Shown: positions 20,139-30,108, numbered from the stretch's first letter. The stretch: 64,000 nucleotides of DNA from Acidobacteriota bacterium (GCA_003223995.1 QHYA01000061.1:2259-66258); one strand, 5' to 3'. The notes: a model not told the origin generated them from the letters alone. Numbers and translations: made by a program.

Positions 20139-21536
20139 TTGAAGGAATTGGCCTGCCGCGTCCTGGCTCTTTCCCTGGCCGCCCTGGCCCTGGGGCCTTC
20201 TCCCGCCGGAGCGGAGAGAGCCGGTCCCGGCGCGGAGAAAGCCGGTCCCGAGATGGCCGGCATGTCGATGGAAGAGGACCACCCGACCGCCCTGCTGATG
20301 GAACTCGCCTCCGGGACCTCTCTCAATCCCGCCTCCGCTCCCGCGCACATGAGCCATCTCGTGAGGGCCGGGTGGACCATCATGCTGCACGGCCAGGCCT
20401 TCGTCACGGGGGCTGTCCAAACGGGCCCGCGGGGGAAGAACAGGATCTACTCCACGGACTGGGTGATGCTCGGAGGCGTCCGCCGTGCTGGGCAGGGCGC
20501 CCTCATGCTCCGCGCCATGCTGAGCCTCGATCCGGCCGGTGTCCGCCGCGGCTTCTATCCCGAGCTGTTCCAGACCGGCGAGGTCCACAACGGAAGACCG
20601 ATCGTCGACGGGCAGCACCCGCACGATCTCTTCATGGAGCTGTCCGCATCCTACACGAGACCTTTTGGAGACAGCTCCTCCCTGCTGCTCTATGCCGCGC
20701 CGGTCGGAGACCCCGCGCTGGGGCCGGTCGCATTCCCACATCGCTCCAGCAACGCGGAGAACCCCACGGCGGTCCTTGGCCACCACCTCCAGGACTCGAC
20801 CCACATTGCCTTCGAGGTGCTGACCGCCGGCTGGGACCTCGGGAAACTTCGGATCGAGACGAGCGGTTTCCATGGCGCCGAGCCGGACGACCACCGCTGG
20901 GGAATCGAGCAGGGAGCGATCGACTCCTGGTCGGGACGGCTGACGTATCGCCCCTCCGAGAACTGGGCGGCGCAGGCGTCGCGCGGCCGCCTTCATCATC
21001 CGGAGGAGCACGAGCCGGTGGACATCTCGCGGACGACCGCCTCGGTCCTCTACAGCCGGAGCTTCGGCGGCGGCCGCCTCTCCACAGGGTTCATCTGGGG
21101 AAGGAACCACCTCGAGAAGGGCCTCGATCTCGACTCATGGCTTGCCGAGGGGTGGTGGAGCTTCCACGGCAGGAACTTCCTGTTCGGGCGGCTCGAGCGC
21201 GTGGACAGAAACGAGCTGTTCGCCGACGACCCCCGGCAGGAAGCGGCCTTCGTGGTTGCGGGCATCCGCTCCTTCACGGTCAACGCCCTCACCCTGGGCT
21301 GCACGCGGGATTTCGACCGGTTCGAGGGGCTGGAAACCGGCATCGGATTCGACGCCACCCTCTACCGTTTCCCCTCGGTGCTGGATCGCTTCTACGGCGC
21401 CAACCCGAAAGCCTTCCACCTATTCCTGAGGCTTCGCCCGCACGGAAAATCTGCGGGAGTGCATGGCGGGGCGCACCATGGCCACTCGATGCACGAGATG
21501 GGGCCTGACCAGCGGGGCAGGCCTCACAACCCGTAA
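20139..21536 (+). CDS. Putative outer-membrane beta-barrel protein with Met/His-rich termini (possible metal binding)
   Basis: Signal peptide, MAGMSM and HGGAHHGHSMHEM termini, alternating beta-strand pattern, ASGTS, QHPHDLFMELS and GHHLQDSTHI motifs. Confidence 0.7.
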   Translation: MKELACRVLALSLAALALGPSPAGAERAGPGAEKAGPEMAGMSMEEDHPTALLMELASGTSLNPASAPAHMSHLVRAGWTIMLHGQAFVTGAVQTGPRGKNRIYSTDWVMLGGVRRAGQGALMLRAMLSLDPAGVRRGFYPELFQTGEVHNGRPIVDGQHPHDLFMELSASYTRPFGDSSSLLLYAAPVGDPALGPVAFPHRSSNAENPTAVLGHHLQDSTHIAFEVLTAGWDLGKLRIETSGFHGAEPDDHRWGIEQGAIDSWSGRLTYRPSENWAAQASRGRLHHPEEHEPVDISRTTASVLYSRSFGGGRLSTGFIWGRNHLEKGLDLDSWLAEGWWSFHGRNFLFGRLERVDRNELFADDPRQEAAFVVAGIRSFTVNALTLGCTRDFDRFEGLETGIGFDATLYRFPSVLDRFYGANPKAFHLFLRLRPHGKSAGVHGGAHHGHSMHEMGPDQRGRPHNP

Positions 21537-21686
21537 CCCGAGCCCAGGCGTAGCGGCGAATGGGTCGCCCGAGTCGGAAGAGGCGAGCCCGCCGCGTTGT
21601 TCGAGTTGGCCGCGCGAGTCGTCCGGTTGCTGATGTTTTGATTCAGATGTATCATCCAAAGCTTCAGTTGATGCCGGAGCCCGCGG

Positions 21687-22667
21687 TTGTCTGAAACAAC
21701 TGAGCCTCACTGGCTGCTGCTGATCCACCAGATTCCGCCCAAGCCGAACTATTTCCGCGTGAAGGTCTGGCGGCGCCTCCAGAGGCTCGGCGCCGTCGCC
21801 ATCAAGAATTCCGTCTATGTCCTCCCTCGATCGGATCAGGCCTACGAGGACTTCCAGTGGGTCGCCCGGGAAATAGTGGAGGGAGGCGGAGATGTCTCCA
21901 TCTGCGAGGCACGCTTCGTGGAGGGACTCTCCGACCAGCAGGTCGAAGCACTGTTCCACTCAGCGCGGGACGCCGACTACGCGCAGATCACAGAGGAGGC
22001 TCGCCGCGTCATGAAAGAGATCGGATCGGTCGGGAAAATCGACCCTGAAGCACTGGTCCAGGCCGAGGCGAGCCTTGCGCGACTCAAACGCCGCCAGTCG
22101 GAGATCACATCGATCGACTTCTTCGGCGCGCCTGGCCGTGAGGCCCTGGACGGACTGCTGGGAGGGATCGAGGCGAGGCTGATCCCCCCTGCGCGTGGTG
22201 AGGAGGTCGTACCAGATGCGAGCGGGATGGGCAAGCAGGTCCGGGGCCGAACCTGGGTAACCCGGAAGGGGATTCACATCGATCGGATGGCCAGCGCCTG
22301 GCTCATCCGCCGCTTCATCGATCCTGACGCACGCTTCAAGTTCGTTGTCAGCAGGGGCTACCGGCCAGAAGCAGGTGAAGTGCGGTTCGACATGTTCGAG
22401 GCGGAGTACACACACAAGGGCGACCGCTGCACTTTCGAGGTCCTTGTCGAAGGCTTCTGCCTCCGGGACTCCGCCCTTCTGCCAATCGCCCAGATCGTGC
22501 ATGACATCGATCTCAAGGATTCGAAGTTCGAGCTGCGGGAGACGGCCGGGATCGACCATCTGGTCGCCGGGATCGGCCTCGCCCACAGGGACGACGAGGA
22601 GCGTTTGGCCCGAGGCTCGGCCCTCTTCGACGATCTCCATGCGTACTTCCGGAGAGAGCGGGAGTGA
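21687..22667 (+). CDS. chrB: Chromate resistance protein ChrB
   Basis: WLLLIHQIPPKPNYFRVKVWRRLQRLGA N-domain; WVTRKGIHIDRMASAWLIRRFID, FDM and THKGDRCTFE C-domain. Confidence 0.9.
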   Translation: MSETTEPHWLLLIHQIPPKPNYFRVKVWRRLQRLGAVAIKNSVYVLPRSDQAYEDFQWVAREIVEGGGDVSICEARFVEGLSDQQVEALFHSARDADYAQITEEARRVMKEIGSVGKIDPEALVQAEASLARLKRRQSEITSIDFFGAPGREALDGLLGGIEARLIPPARGEEVVPDASGMGKQVRGRTWVTRKGIHIDRMASAWLIRRFIDPDARFKFVVSRGYRPEAGEVRFDMFEAEYTHKGDRCTFEVLVEGFCLRDSALLPIAQIVHDIDLKDSKFELRETAGIDHLVAGIGLAHRDDEERLARGSALFDDLHAYFRRERE

Positions 22668-22725
22668 CTGCTCCGCATTCTCTTGTCTCTTCTTGGCCCT
22701 GATGCCTGAGGGAAGGAGTTCTCGA

Positions 22726-23398
22726 ATGGCGGTACGCGTTGCAGCCTTCTTCTCGCTCCTGGTCGGGTCTGCACTCATTATCGTTGCAGGACCCACCGCG
22801 CCGGCCGGCTCATCGGCCAAGACATGGAACTTCGATTCAGAAAAGGCGGAGGGACCGCCGGCGGGTTTCGCTTTTGGAAGGACAGGCAGTGGAAGAGAGG
22901 GCCGATGGGTGGTCCGGGCCGAGAAGGGTGCACCGAGCGGAGGGAACGTGCTCGCCCAGGTCGACACCGACGATACGGATTACCGCTTCCCGGTAGCCGT
23001 CGTCCAGGACACTTCTCTTCGCGATCTCAGCCTTTCGGTGAAGTGCAAGCCGGTTTCGGGCAATGTGGACCAGGCTTGCGGCCTGGTCTTCAGATTCAAG
23101 GATTCGAACAACTACTACATCACCCGTGCGAACGCCCTGGAGAACAACGTCCGCATTTACTACGTGAAGGAGGGCAATAGAAGGCAGTTCGCGGGCTGGA
23201 ACGGGAAGGTCACCAGCGGAGAGTGGCACGACCTCCGTGTCGACGCCAAGGGAGATCACTTCGAGGTGTCATATGACGAAGGTGATCGACGCAACCGACA
23301 AGAGCTTTCCGGATGCTGGCAAGATCGGCTTGTGGACCAAGGCCGATTCCGTCACGTATTTCGACAACTTGACCGTCCATCCGATGGATCAGCCGTAG
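22726..23398 (+). pseudogene. Secreted DUF1080/GH16-like beta-sandwich protein, frameshifted at ~23278
   Basis: ATG 22726 with AAGGAG RBS; ...DQACGLVFRFKDSNNYY...FEVSYD; the expected C-terminus KVIDATDKSFPDAGKIGLWTKADSVTYFDNL continues in another frame from 23279 to TAG 23398. Confidence 0.8.
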
Positions 23399-23481
23399 CC
23401 GGACTCTGAAAGGGCCTTCAGGGCAAATGAGGTCTGGTCAGCACGTACGGCTCAAGCGCAGGTTGTTCTCTCAATGCGGAG

Positions 23482-24408
23482 ATGAGAATGAAGATGATTC
23501 CAGGTCTCATTTGTTTGACCCTGATACCGACTCTCGCACTGCCCGGCCAGAACATCAACAAACGCCCGAGCGCGCGGTTCAACACCGCTTCCATCGAGCA
23601 ATTGACAGGGGCCAAGGGCAAGCTCGACGAGAAGGAGGGAACGTTCAAGGTCTCGGTCCCGCGGAGCGACCTGACAGTCAGCGCCGCCGGCGTGCGTCTC
23701 ACGCCGCCTATGGGATTGACGTCCTGGGCCACCTTCAAGCGCAGCGGCAAGGACACGATCGTGATGGGAGACATGGTGCTCGCCGAGGACCAGGTCAACC
23801 CCGCCATGAGCGTCGCGCTCGAGAACGGCCTGGAGGTGACCGCGCTCCACAATCATTTCTTCTGGGACTCTCCGAAGGTCATGTTCATGCATATCGGCGG
23901 CATGGGGGAGACCGAGAAGCTGGCCTCGGCCGTCGGCAAGGTCTTCACGAAGATCAAGGAGACCATCGGTGGTAAGGGGGAGAAGCCCGAGGCGGACATC
24001 GATCCCGCCCAGACCAGCCTCGACCCTGGCAAGATCGAAGCGATTCTGGGGTTCAAAGGAGATCTGAAGGATGGCGTCTACAAGGTCGTCGTGGGGCGGA
24101 CGGCCAGGATGCACGGCAGCGAGATCGGCAACACCATGGGCGTGAACACCTGGGCCGCCTTCGCAGGCGCCGACGAAAGGGCGGTCGTCGCCGGCGACTT
24201 CGCAATGCTGGAATCCGAGGTGCAAGGAGTTCTCAAGGCGCTGCGCGGCGCCGCTATCGACGTGGTCGCAATCCACCAGCATATGATTGGCGATCAGCCG
24301 CGCATCGTATTTCTCCATTACTGGGGCGTCGGGCGGACCGAGGAGCTGGCGAGAGGCCTGCGCAAGGCGCTCGACCGTACTGCGAGCTCTCGAATGGCTC
24401 CGCAATGA
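23482..24408 (+). CDS. DUF1259 (LppY/LpqO-like) two-domain protein
   Basis: Signal peptide; duplicated domain with MGLTSWATF...TALHNHF...FMH and MGVNTWAAF...AIHQHM...FLHYWG. Confidence 0.85.
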   Translation: MRMKMIPGLICLTLIPTLALPGQNINKRPSARFNTASIEQLTGAKGKLDEKEGTFKVSVPRSDLTVSAAGVRLTPPMGLTSWATFKRSGKDTIVMGDMVLAEDQVNPAMSVALENGLEVTALHNHFFWDSPKVMFMHIGGMGETEKLASAVGKVFTKIKETIGGKGEKPEADIDPAQTSLDPGKIEAILGFKGDLKDGVYKVVVGRTARMHGSEIGNTMGVNTWAAFAGADERAVVAGDFAMLESEVQGVLKALRGAAIDVVAIHQHMIGDQPRIVFLHYWGVGRTEELARGLRKALDRTASSRMAPQ

Positions 24409-24472
24409 GCGCGGTCACCAGCGGGAAACCGTGCGCGCTACGAGAAGAATTCCCAACAAGGAGGATTGTGCG

Positions 24473-25000
24473 ATGAAAGGACGAATTGAATTGATGATGA
24501 TTCTGGCAGTCCTCTTGATCTTCGGTGCTCCTGGCGTCCGAGCGCAGGACTCCGACGACGATGAGGAGGGAGATCAGGGCGCTGTGGTCAAAGCGCTCCC
24601 GCAGGCCAAGATCTCGCTGGGCCAGGCGCTGGACGCATGCGAGCGCGAGGGGAAGCCGATCTCGGCGAAGTTCGAGATGGAGGACGGAAAGCTGCAACTC
24701 TCCGTGTACACGATGAAGGGCGACAAGCTCTCCGAGGTCATCGTGGATCACATGAGCGGCAAGGTCTCGAAGGCCGAGCCGATCACCGGCGGAGAGGATC
24801 TCACGTCCGCGAAGTCCCAGAGTGAGGCGATGGCCAAGGCCAAGAGACCGCTCCGAGCGGCCGTCGACGAGGCTCTGAAGGCCAACAAAGGTTACCGCGC
24901 GGTCAGCGTCGTCCCTGCGCTCAAGGAAGGGCATCCGATGGCGGAACTCACCCTTGCCAAGGGCGAGGAGCTCAAGACGGTGGCTGAGAAGCTGGAGTAG
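24473..25000 (+). CDS. Secreted PepSY-like protein
   Basis: AAGGAGG RBS, signal peptide, KISLGQAL...GKPISAKFEMEDGKLQLSVY. Confidence 0.75.
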   Translation: MKGRIELMMILAVLLIFGAPGVRAQDSDDDEEGDQGAVVKALPQAKISLGQALDACEREGKPISAKFEMEDGKLQLSVYTMKGDKLSEVIVDHMSGKVSKAEPITGGEDLTSAKSQSEAMAKAKRPLRAAVDEALKANKGYRAVSVVPALKEGHPMAELTLAKGEELKTVAEKLE

Positions 25001-25054
25001 GAAGCGCTGCCAGCTCGAGATCGTCGCCGAGGTGCACGCACGGGAAGCAGGACC

Positions 25055-26365
25055 ATGAGCTACAGCGCGAGGGTCACCATCGGAATACTCCTGAGTGCGT
25101 GGGTGTCACTGCCCGCGCAAGCAGCTCTTGTCACCAGCACATCCGAAAATCTCTCTGGTTCGCCAGCGCCGGAGATTCGGGCCGAAACTTTCGACGGCCA
25201 AGTTTTTGCAAGGCCGGTGGGAGCGGGGAAGGCGGTATGCGTCAGTTTCTTTGCCTCCTGGTGCCCCATCTGCCAGGCGGAAATCCAGGAACTGAGCGAA
25301 ATCCAATCGACCTATGCTGAACGAGGGATGAATTTCATCGGTGTGCTCGTTGATCCAGTGGAAACCCCAGATACTCTCGAAGAAGCGCGACAAGGGCTGA
25401 AGCGCAAACCCCTCCCTTACCCAGTGATTCTCATGGATGAGAATCTACGGGCATCCTTCCAGTACGTCGGCTTCCCTGCGACCTACTTCATCACCTCGGA
25501 CGGCACGTTCTCCACGACGCTCTATGGATACCATCCGCGGGGAAAAATCGCGGAGGTCGCCGAGCGAGTTCTCCTCGGGTCGGCGCCGACGACCGAGAGA
25601 GCCTTGACAGTGCCCTTGGAGACCGCAGCACCGAGCGGAGCCCCGTCGGCGCGGGGACCTTCATCCAGCGAGGCGCCGGAGTTGGCACACCCAAACAGGG
25701 GTACGGGAGGCGTATCGCCCTCGCAGGCACGCCTTCCCAGTCAACCCAATCCACAGCAATCAGCCCCCCCACCAGAGAGGGTGCCCACAGGTACCCAGGC
25801 CGCCGCGGATACAGCCGAGCGCAGCTTGGCTTCCGTGTCGACGAGGTCCACGGTCGAGCTTGTTCAACCTGCTCCATGGAGTAAATCCCCGCTCCTCGCG
25901 CTAGTTCCGAGCACCCGGAAGCAGGTCCATCCGCTCATCGTGCATTTTCCTATCGCGTTCCTGGGGCTCGAACTGCTTCTCGTCATGGCATACCTTGCCT
26001 GGCCGCGTGATTCCCTTCAGGTGTTCTCGCACTGGCTGCTGTGGTCTGCCGCCCTCTCACTCGTACCCTCCATCTACACAGGCATTGGCGACGTGGGCGC
26101 CGATCTGGGACCCGGCTGGGCGTTCTGGAACGGGCTCCAAGACCGCCTTCATCATTTCACCCGCCTCGAGAGCACCGTGTCGCTCCACGTGCTGTTCGTC
26201 CTGCTGACCGCATCGCTTGTCTTGATCCGTCTGGCTTGGCGAATCTTTTTTGGTGAGAAGGCGCTAGAAGGACGGAAACGATTTGTTTTCGCCGTGCTTG
26301 CCCTCCTGGGCTTCTGGGCGCTTTTCGCCGCAGGCCAGGTCGGCGGCTCGATCTCCCACCCGTGA
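25055..26365 (+). CDS. TlpA-like thioredoxin domain fused to a DUF2231-like membrane domain
   Basis: FFASWCPICQAE and GFPATYFI; Pro-rich linker; HPLIVHFPIAF followed by four TM helices ending AGQVGGSI. Confidence 0.8.
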   Translation: MSYSARVTIGILLSAWVSLPAQAALVTSTSENLSGSPAPEIRAETFDGQVFARPVGAGKAVCVSFFASWCPICQAEIQELSEIQSTYAERGMNFIGVLVDPVETPDTLEEARQGLKRKPLPYPVILMDENLRASFQYVGFPATYFITSDGTFSTTLYGYHPRGKIAEVAERVLLGSAPTTERALTVPLETAAPSGAPSARGPSSSEAPELAHPNRGTGGVSPSQARLPSQPNPQQSAPPPERVPTGTQAAADTAERSLASVSTRSTVELVQPAPWSKSPLLALVPSTRKQVHPLIVHFPIAFLGLELLLVMAYLAWPRDSLQVFSHWLLWSAALSLVPSIYTGIGDVGADLGPGWAFWNGLQDRLHHFTRLESTVSLHVLFVLLTASLVLIRLAWRIFFGEKALEGRKRFVFAVLALLGFWALFAAGQVGGSISHP

Positions 26366-27774
26366 TGCACACCGAACAGCTTTCATCAATGGCCTCTCTT
26401 CCAGAGGCCAGGCCGCGCATAGCTTTCGGAGCAGCGGTGCGTGTTTGGGTCGAGGTCGCCCTCAAGAGTTTCGGCGGGCCCGCCGGGCAGATCGCAGTCA
26501 TGCACCGAATCCTCGTCGACGAGAAGCGGTGGGTGAGCGAGTCGCGCTTTTTGCACGCCCTCAATTACTGCATGCTTCTGCCAGGTCCGGAAGCTCAGCA
26601 GCTCGCCATTTACATTGGCTGGCTCCTGCATGGCTATTCCGGGGGCCTCGTGGCGGGAAGCCTGTTCGTTTTACCAGGCTTCGTGGCGATCCTGGCGCTC
26701 AGCTTTCTCTACGCGGGGTTCCACAATCTCGGCCTTATCGCGGCGTTGTTCTTCGGGCTCAAGGCGGCGGTCCTTGCGGTCGTCGTCGAGGCTGTCGTGC
26801 GCATCGGCCGGAGGGTTCTCAAGAACGCCGCAATGATCGCCATCGCCGCGCTCGCCTTCGTCGGCATCTTCTTTTTCGATGTCCCTTTCCCTCTCATCGT
26901 TCTTGGGGCCGGGCTCGTGGGCTTCATGGGAGGACGACTACGTCCTGACACGTTCGTCGTGATCAAGGGCCCGGTACCTGAAGCCAATGGCGACTCACCA
27001 GCCCTCGTGGATTCCCTATTCGAGCACCATTCACCAGCGCGCGTCCCTCCGTCGGTGGCTCGCGCGCTGCGAATCGGAACAGTCTGGCTTCTGTTGTGGA
27101 TGGTGCCCGTTGCACTCCTCGCCATGGCCCTCGGGTCGAACAGCGTCTATGTGAAAGAGGGGATCTTCTTCGGCAAAGCGGCCGTCGTGACGTTCGGTGG
27201 GGCCTACGCAGTCCTCGCCTACATCGCGCAGCGGGCGGTCGAGCACTACGGGTGGCTCAAGCCAGGCGAGATGCTCGACGGCTTGGGTATGGCGGAGACA
27301 ACACCGGGGCCTCTCATCCAGGTTGTTCAGTTCGTTGGCTTCATGGGCGCGTACCGCCACCCAGGGAACCTTCATCCTATGGTGGCGGGCACTCTGGGCG
27401 CGATCGTGACGACCTGGGTCACCTACGTGCCCTGCTTTCTCTGGATCTTTCTCGGAGCGCCCTACATCGAGTGGCTGCGGGGCAACAGTAAACTGAGCGC
27501 GGCGCTTTCAGCGATCACAGCAGCCGTGGTGGGAGTCGTGTTGAATCTGGCGGTATGGTTCGCCCTCCACGTCATTTTCGCCCACGTCGACACCTTTGGG
27601 GCCCCATTCGGAGCCAAGCTGTTCGTGCCGGTTTGGACCACGCTCCAGTGGCCGGCCTTGTTGATCTCGTTGGGCGCTTTCGTCGCCATGTTTCGATTCA
27701 AGGTCGGCATGCTCGGCACCCTCGCCGCTAGCATGGTGGTCGGGGCCCTCTTCAACTGGGTCGTCCGCGTATGA
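26362..27774 (+). CDS. chrA: Chromate efflux transporter
   Basis: SFGGPAGQIAVMH, LLPGPEAQQLA, VTFGGAYAVL and AETTPGP motifs. Confidence 0.96.
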   Translation: MMHTEQLSSMASLPEARPRIAFGAAVRVWVEVALKSFGGPAGQIAVMHRILVDEKRWVSESRFLHALNYCMLLPGPEAQQLAIYIGWLLHGYSGGLVAGSLFVLPGFVAILALSFLYAGFHNLGLIAALFFGLKAAVLAVVVEAVVRIGRRVLKNAAMIAIAALAFVGIFFFDVPFPLIVLGAGLVGFMGGRLRPDTFVVIKGPVPEANGDSPALVDSLFEHHSPARVPPSVARALRIGTVWLLLWMVPVALLAMALGSNSVYVKEGIFFGKAAVVTFGGAYAVLAYIAQRAVEHYGWLKPGEMLDGLGMAETTPGPLIQVVQFVGFMGAYRHPGNLHPMVAGTLGAIVTTWVTYVPCFLWIFLGAPYIEWLRGNSKLSAALSAITAAVVGVVLNLAVWFALHVIFAHVDTFGAPFGAKLFVPVWTTLQWPALLISLGAFVAMFRFKVGMLGTLAASMVVGALFNWVVRV

Positions 27775-27913
27775 AGGCGAGGGGCGCGGGCGCGGCACCC
27801 CGTGCTCCGAATCATGAAGCCTCCCCAGCCATGAGGGAGTGCATCCTGATGACTTCGACGTACGGTCCCATCGGTTGATGAGACGAGAAGAACCGATGAA
27901 TCGTCCAGCCGTT

Positions 27914-28033
27914 CTGGCGGGCTGCCGGGAGTTCGGGGCTCTACCTGCCACGGTGGCGGACGCTCTGGCCGCCATCCTGACGACGCCTTTCGAGTGGCTC
28001 CGGGGCAACAAGAGGTTGAGCAGCGCCCTTTCT
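27914..28033 (+). pseudogene. Decayed fragment of a second chrA copy
   Basis: Translates GCREFGALPATVADALAAILTT-PFEWLRGNKRLSSALS versus chrA GAYRHPGNLHPMVAGTLGAIVTT...PYIEWLRGNSKLSAALS; 20/21 nt match between 27990 and 27467. Confidence 0.7.
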
Positions 28034-28078
28034 CGTGTACACTACGCATTCTGTCCACAATTCCCAAGGAGGTCGCTC

Positions 28079-28270
28079 ATGGCGAATCCTCGCAGGGTCA
28101 TCGCAGATTGCAGGCTCTTCCCCAGCGCGAAGAACTGCACGCTCACCATATCGGGCACGGAGGAGGAGGTCCTCACGATCGCAGTCCAGCACGCCGTGGC
28201 GAGCCACGGCCACAAGGACAGTCCCGAGCTGAGGACCCAGATCCGATCGATGCACGGGGAAGAGAAGTAA
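28079..28270 (+). CDS. DUF1059-family small protein
   Basis: AAGGAGG RBS; DCRLFPSAKNCTLTISGTEEEVL..AVQHAVASHGH. Confidence 0.85.
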   Translation: MANPRRVIADCRLFPSAKNCTLTISGTEEEVLTIAVQHAVASHGHKDSPELRTQIRSMHGEEK

Positions 28271-28390
28271 GCGGAGGCACTGGGAAGAGCATCCCCGATC
28301 GATAGGCTCGCGGTCCGGCTCCGCAGTGCCGGGTGCCGCGGCCAGGCCTTCTTCCGACTCGTGGTGCCACGCGATCTTGGAGCAGACCGA

Positions 28391-28801
28391 GTGCCCGTCA
28401 AACTCAGCCGTCTCGACCACTTCGCCGTCTTCGTGGCCGATCTGGAAAGCGCCGAGCGCTTCTATGTCGAGATGCTCGGCATGCAGCGGGTCATGAAGCT
28501 TCCGGATCAGACGCTGCTCATGCTGGGTGGGGTCAATATCGGACTGATGGAGCAAGCGGGTCTGCCGGCTCCAGACCCTGCGATCCTGCAGAATCCTCTT
28601 GGCAGGGCCCATCACGCCTTTCTGGTCGAAGAGGAGAACTTCGACGCCTCCCGCGCTGTCCTCGCCGCCGCTTCCATCCCCGTCAGCGACCCGGTGAACT
28701 GGGGCGATCACCGCTGCTTCTACTTTCTTGATCCCTCCGGAAATCTCCTCGAGATCGTCACGCCTCCAGCCGTGAGGCGCGAGGGGCCATCTTCGCGCTG
28801 A
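28391..28801 (+). CDS. VOC/glyoxalase family protein
   Basis: LDHFAVFVADLESAERFY, HHAFLV and YFLDPSGNLLEI. Confidence 0.9.
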   Translation: MPVKLSRLDHFAVFVADLESAERFYVEMLGMQRVMKLPDQTLLMLGGVNIGLMEQAGLPAPDPAILQNPLGRAHHAFLVEEENFDASRAVLAAASIPVSDPVNWGDHRCFYFLDPSGNLLEIVTPPAVRREGPSSR

Positions 28802-28953
28802 TAATGACCGAATGGGAGCCGTTGCCACCGGCAATGGCGGTGGTTCGGTCCGGGCGATCGTTGGCCGAGGAAACCCGTTGGAGCGAGGCTCGCGGCCGGG
28901 CTGCTTCGGAGCCCCGGCGGCAGGTCATTCGATAAGAGCGTACAATTTTCCCT

Positions 28954-30108
28954 GTGGCGTCGATTCGAAACCTCTACGGGCTGTCGGTGGAAGAGCTGTC
29001 CGAAGCCCTTTCTCCGCTGGAGCCGCGCCCGTTCACGGCCCGCCAGATCGCCGCCCACCTCTATGCGCGCCGGCTGCTCGACTTCGACAGGATGACCGAT
29101 CTACCCGCGAAGCTCCGGGCGGAGCTCGCGCGATCCTTCACCATCCAGCTCCCCTCCCCGGCGGAGACGCTCGTGTCGCGGGACGGCACGACGCGCTACG
29201 TGCTCTCCCTTCCATCGGCAGGATCGGTCGAGGCCGTGTTCATCCCCTCGGGCAAGCGAGCGACCCTGTGCATCTCGAGCCAGTCGGGCTGCGCACTGGG
29301 CTGCACCTTCTGCATGACGGGAACCCTCGGCCTACTGCGCCACCTCTCGTCCGGAGAGATTGCCGGGCAGGTCGCGCTCCTGATGGATCTTCACCGGCTG
29401 CGGCCAAACTGCTTCAACATCGTCTTCATGGGGATGGGAGAGCCTCTCCACAACTATCAGGCTCTGAAAGCCGCGCTGAGGCTTCTGTGCGACAGGCGGA
29501 CAGGTTTCGGGATCTCCCCGGGTCACATCACCGTCTCGACCGCGGGACTGGCTCCGGCCATCGAGAAGCTTGCAGCAGAGGAGATCGTCCCCCGCCTGGC
29601 GGTCTCGCTCAATGCAACGACCGACGAGGCCCGCTCGCGGATCATGCCCATCAACAAGAGCTATCCCATCCTCTCCCTGATGGAGGCCTGCGGGAAGTTC
29701 CTCCGCGAGGCCGGCCAGCGGCTCACCCTCGAGTACGTGATGCTCTCGGGTGTCAACGACTCCCGAGAGGACCTGCCACGGCTCGCGCGCCTCGCCTCGT
29801 CGCTCCCCGCGCGCGTCAACCTCATTCCCTTCAACGCGACACCGGAGCTTCCCTTCCAGCCGTCGCCGATGGAACAGGTGCGGCGGTTCCGCGATGGGCT
29901 GCTGAAGCGGGGCGTGCGGGCTTCGATCCGCGCCAGCCGCGGCCCGGACATCCGGGCGGCGTGCGGGCAGCTTTCCTTCGGCGCCCCCGGCGACGGAGCC
30001 GCAGGAACAGGAAGAGGAGAGTCGGCCGCCGGGAAGAACCGCCGCGCGTCCGACCCGCCGGAGGCCGCGATGGAGCGGGCCGCGGCGGGGGAGCTGGTGG
30101 CGAGATGA
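28954..30108 (+). CDS. rlmN: 23S rRNA (A2503-C2)/tRNA methyltransferase RlmN (radical SAM)
   Basis: CISSQSGCALGCTFC, MGMGEPL, VNLIPFN and GPDIRAACGQL. Confidence 0.95.
   Translation: MASIRNLYGLSVEELSEALSPLEPRPFTARQIAAHLYARRLLDFDRMTDLPAKLRAELARSFTIQLPSPAETLVSRDGTTRYVLSLPSAGSVEAVFIPSGKRATLCISSQSGCALGCTFCMTGTLGLLRHLSSGEIAGQVALLMDLHRLRPNCFNIVFMGMGEPLHNYQALKAALRLLCDRRTGFGISPGHITVSTAGLAPAIEKLAAEEIVPRLAVSLNATTDEARSRIMPINKSYPILSLMEACGKFLREAGQRLTLEYVMLSGVNDSREDLPRLARLASSLPARVNLIPFNATPELPFQPSPMEQVRRFRDGLLKRGVRASIRASRGPDIRAACGQLSFGAPGDGAAGTGRGESAAGKNRRASDPPEAAMERAAAGELVAR

Noticed and set aside
20209..20252. 21-bp tandem duplication (AERAGPG/AEKAGPE)
   Set aside because: Ordinary low-complexity linker duplication after a signal peptide.
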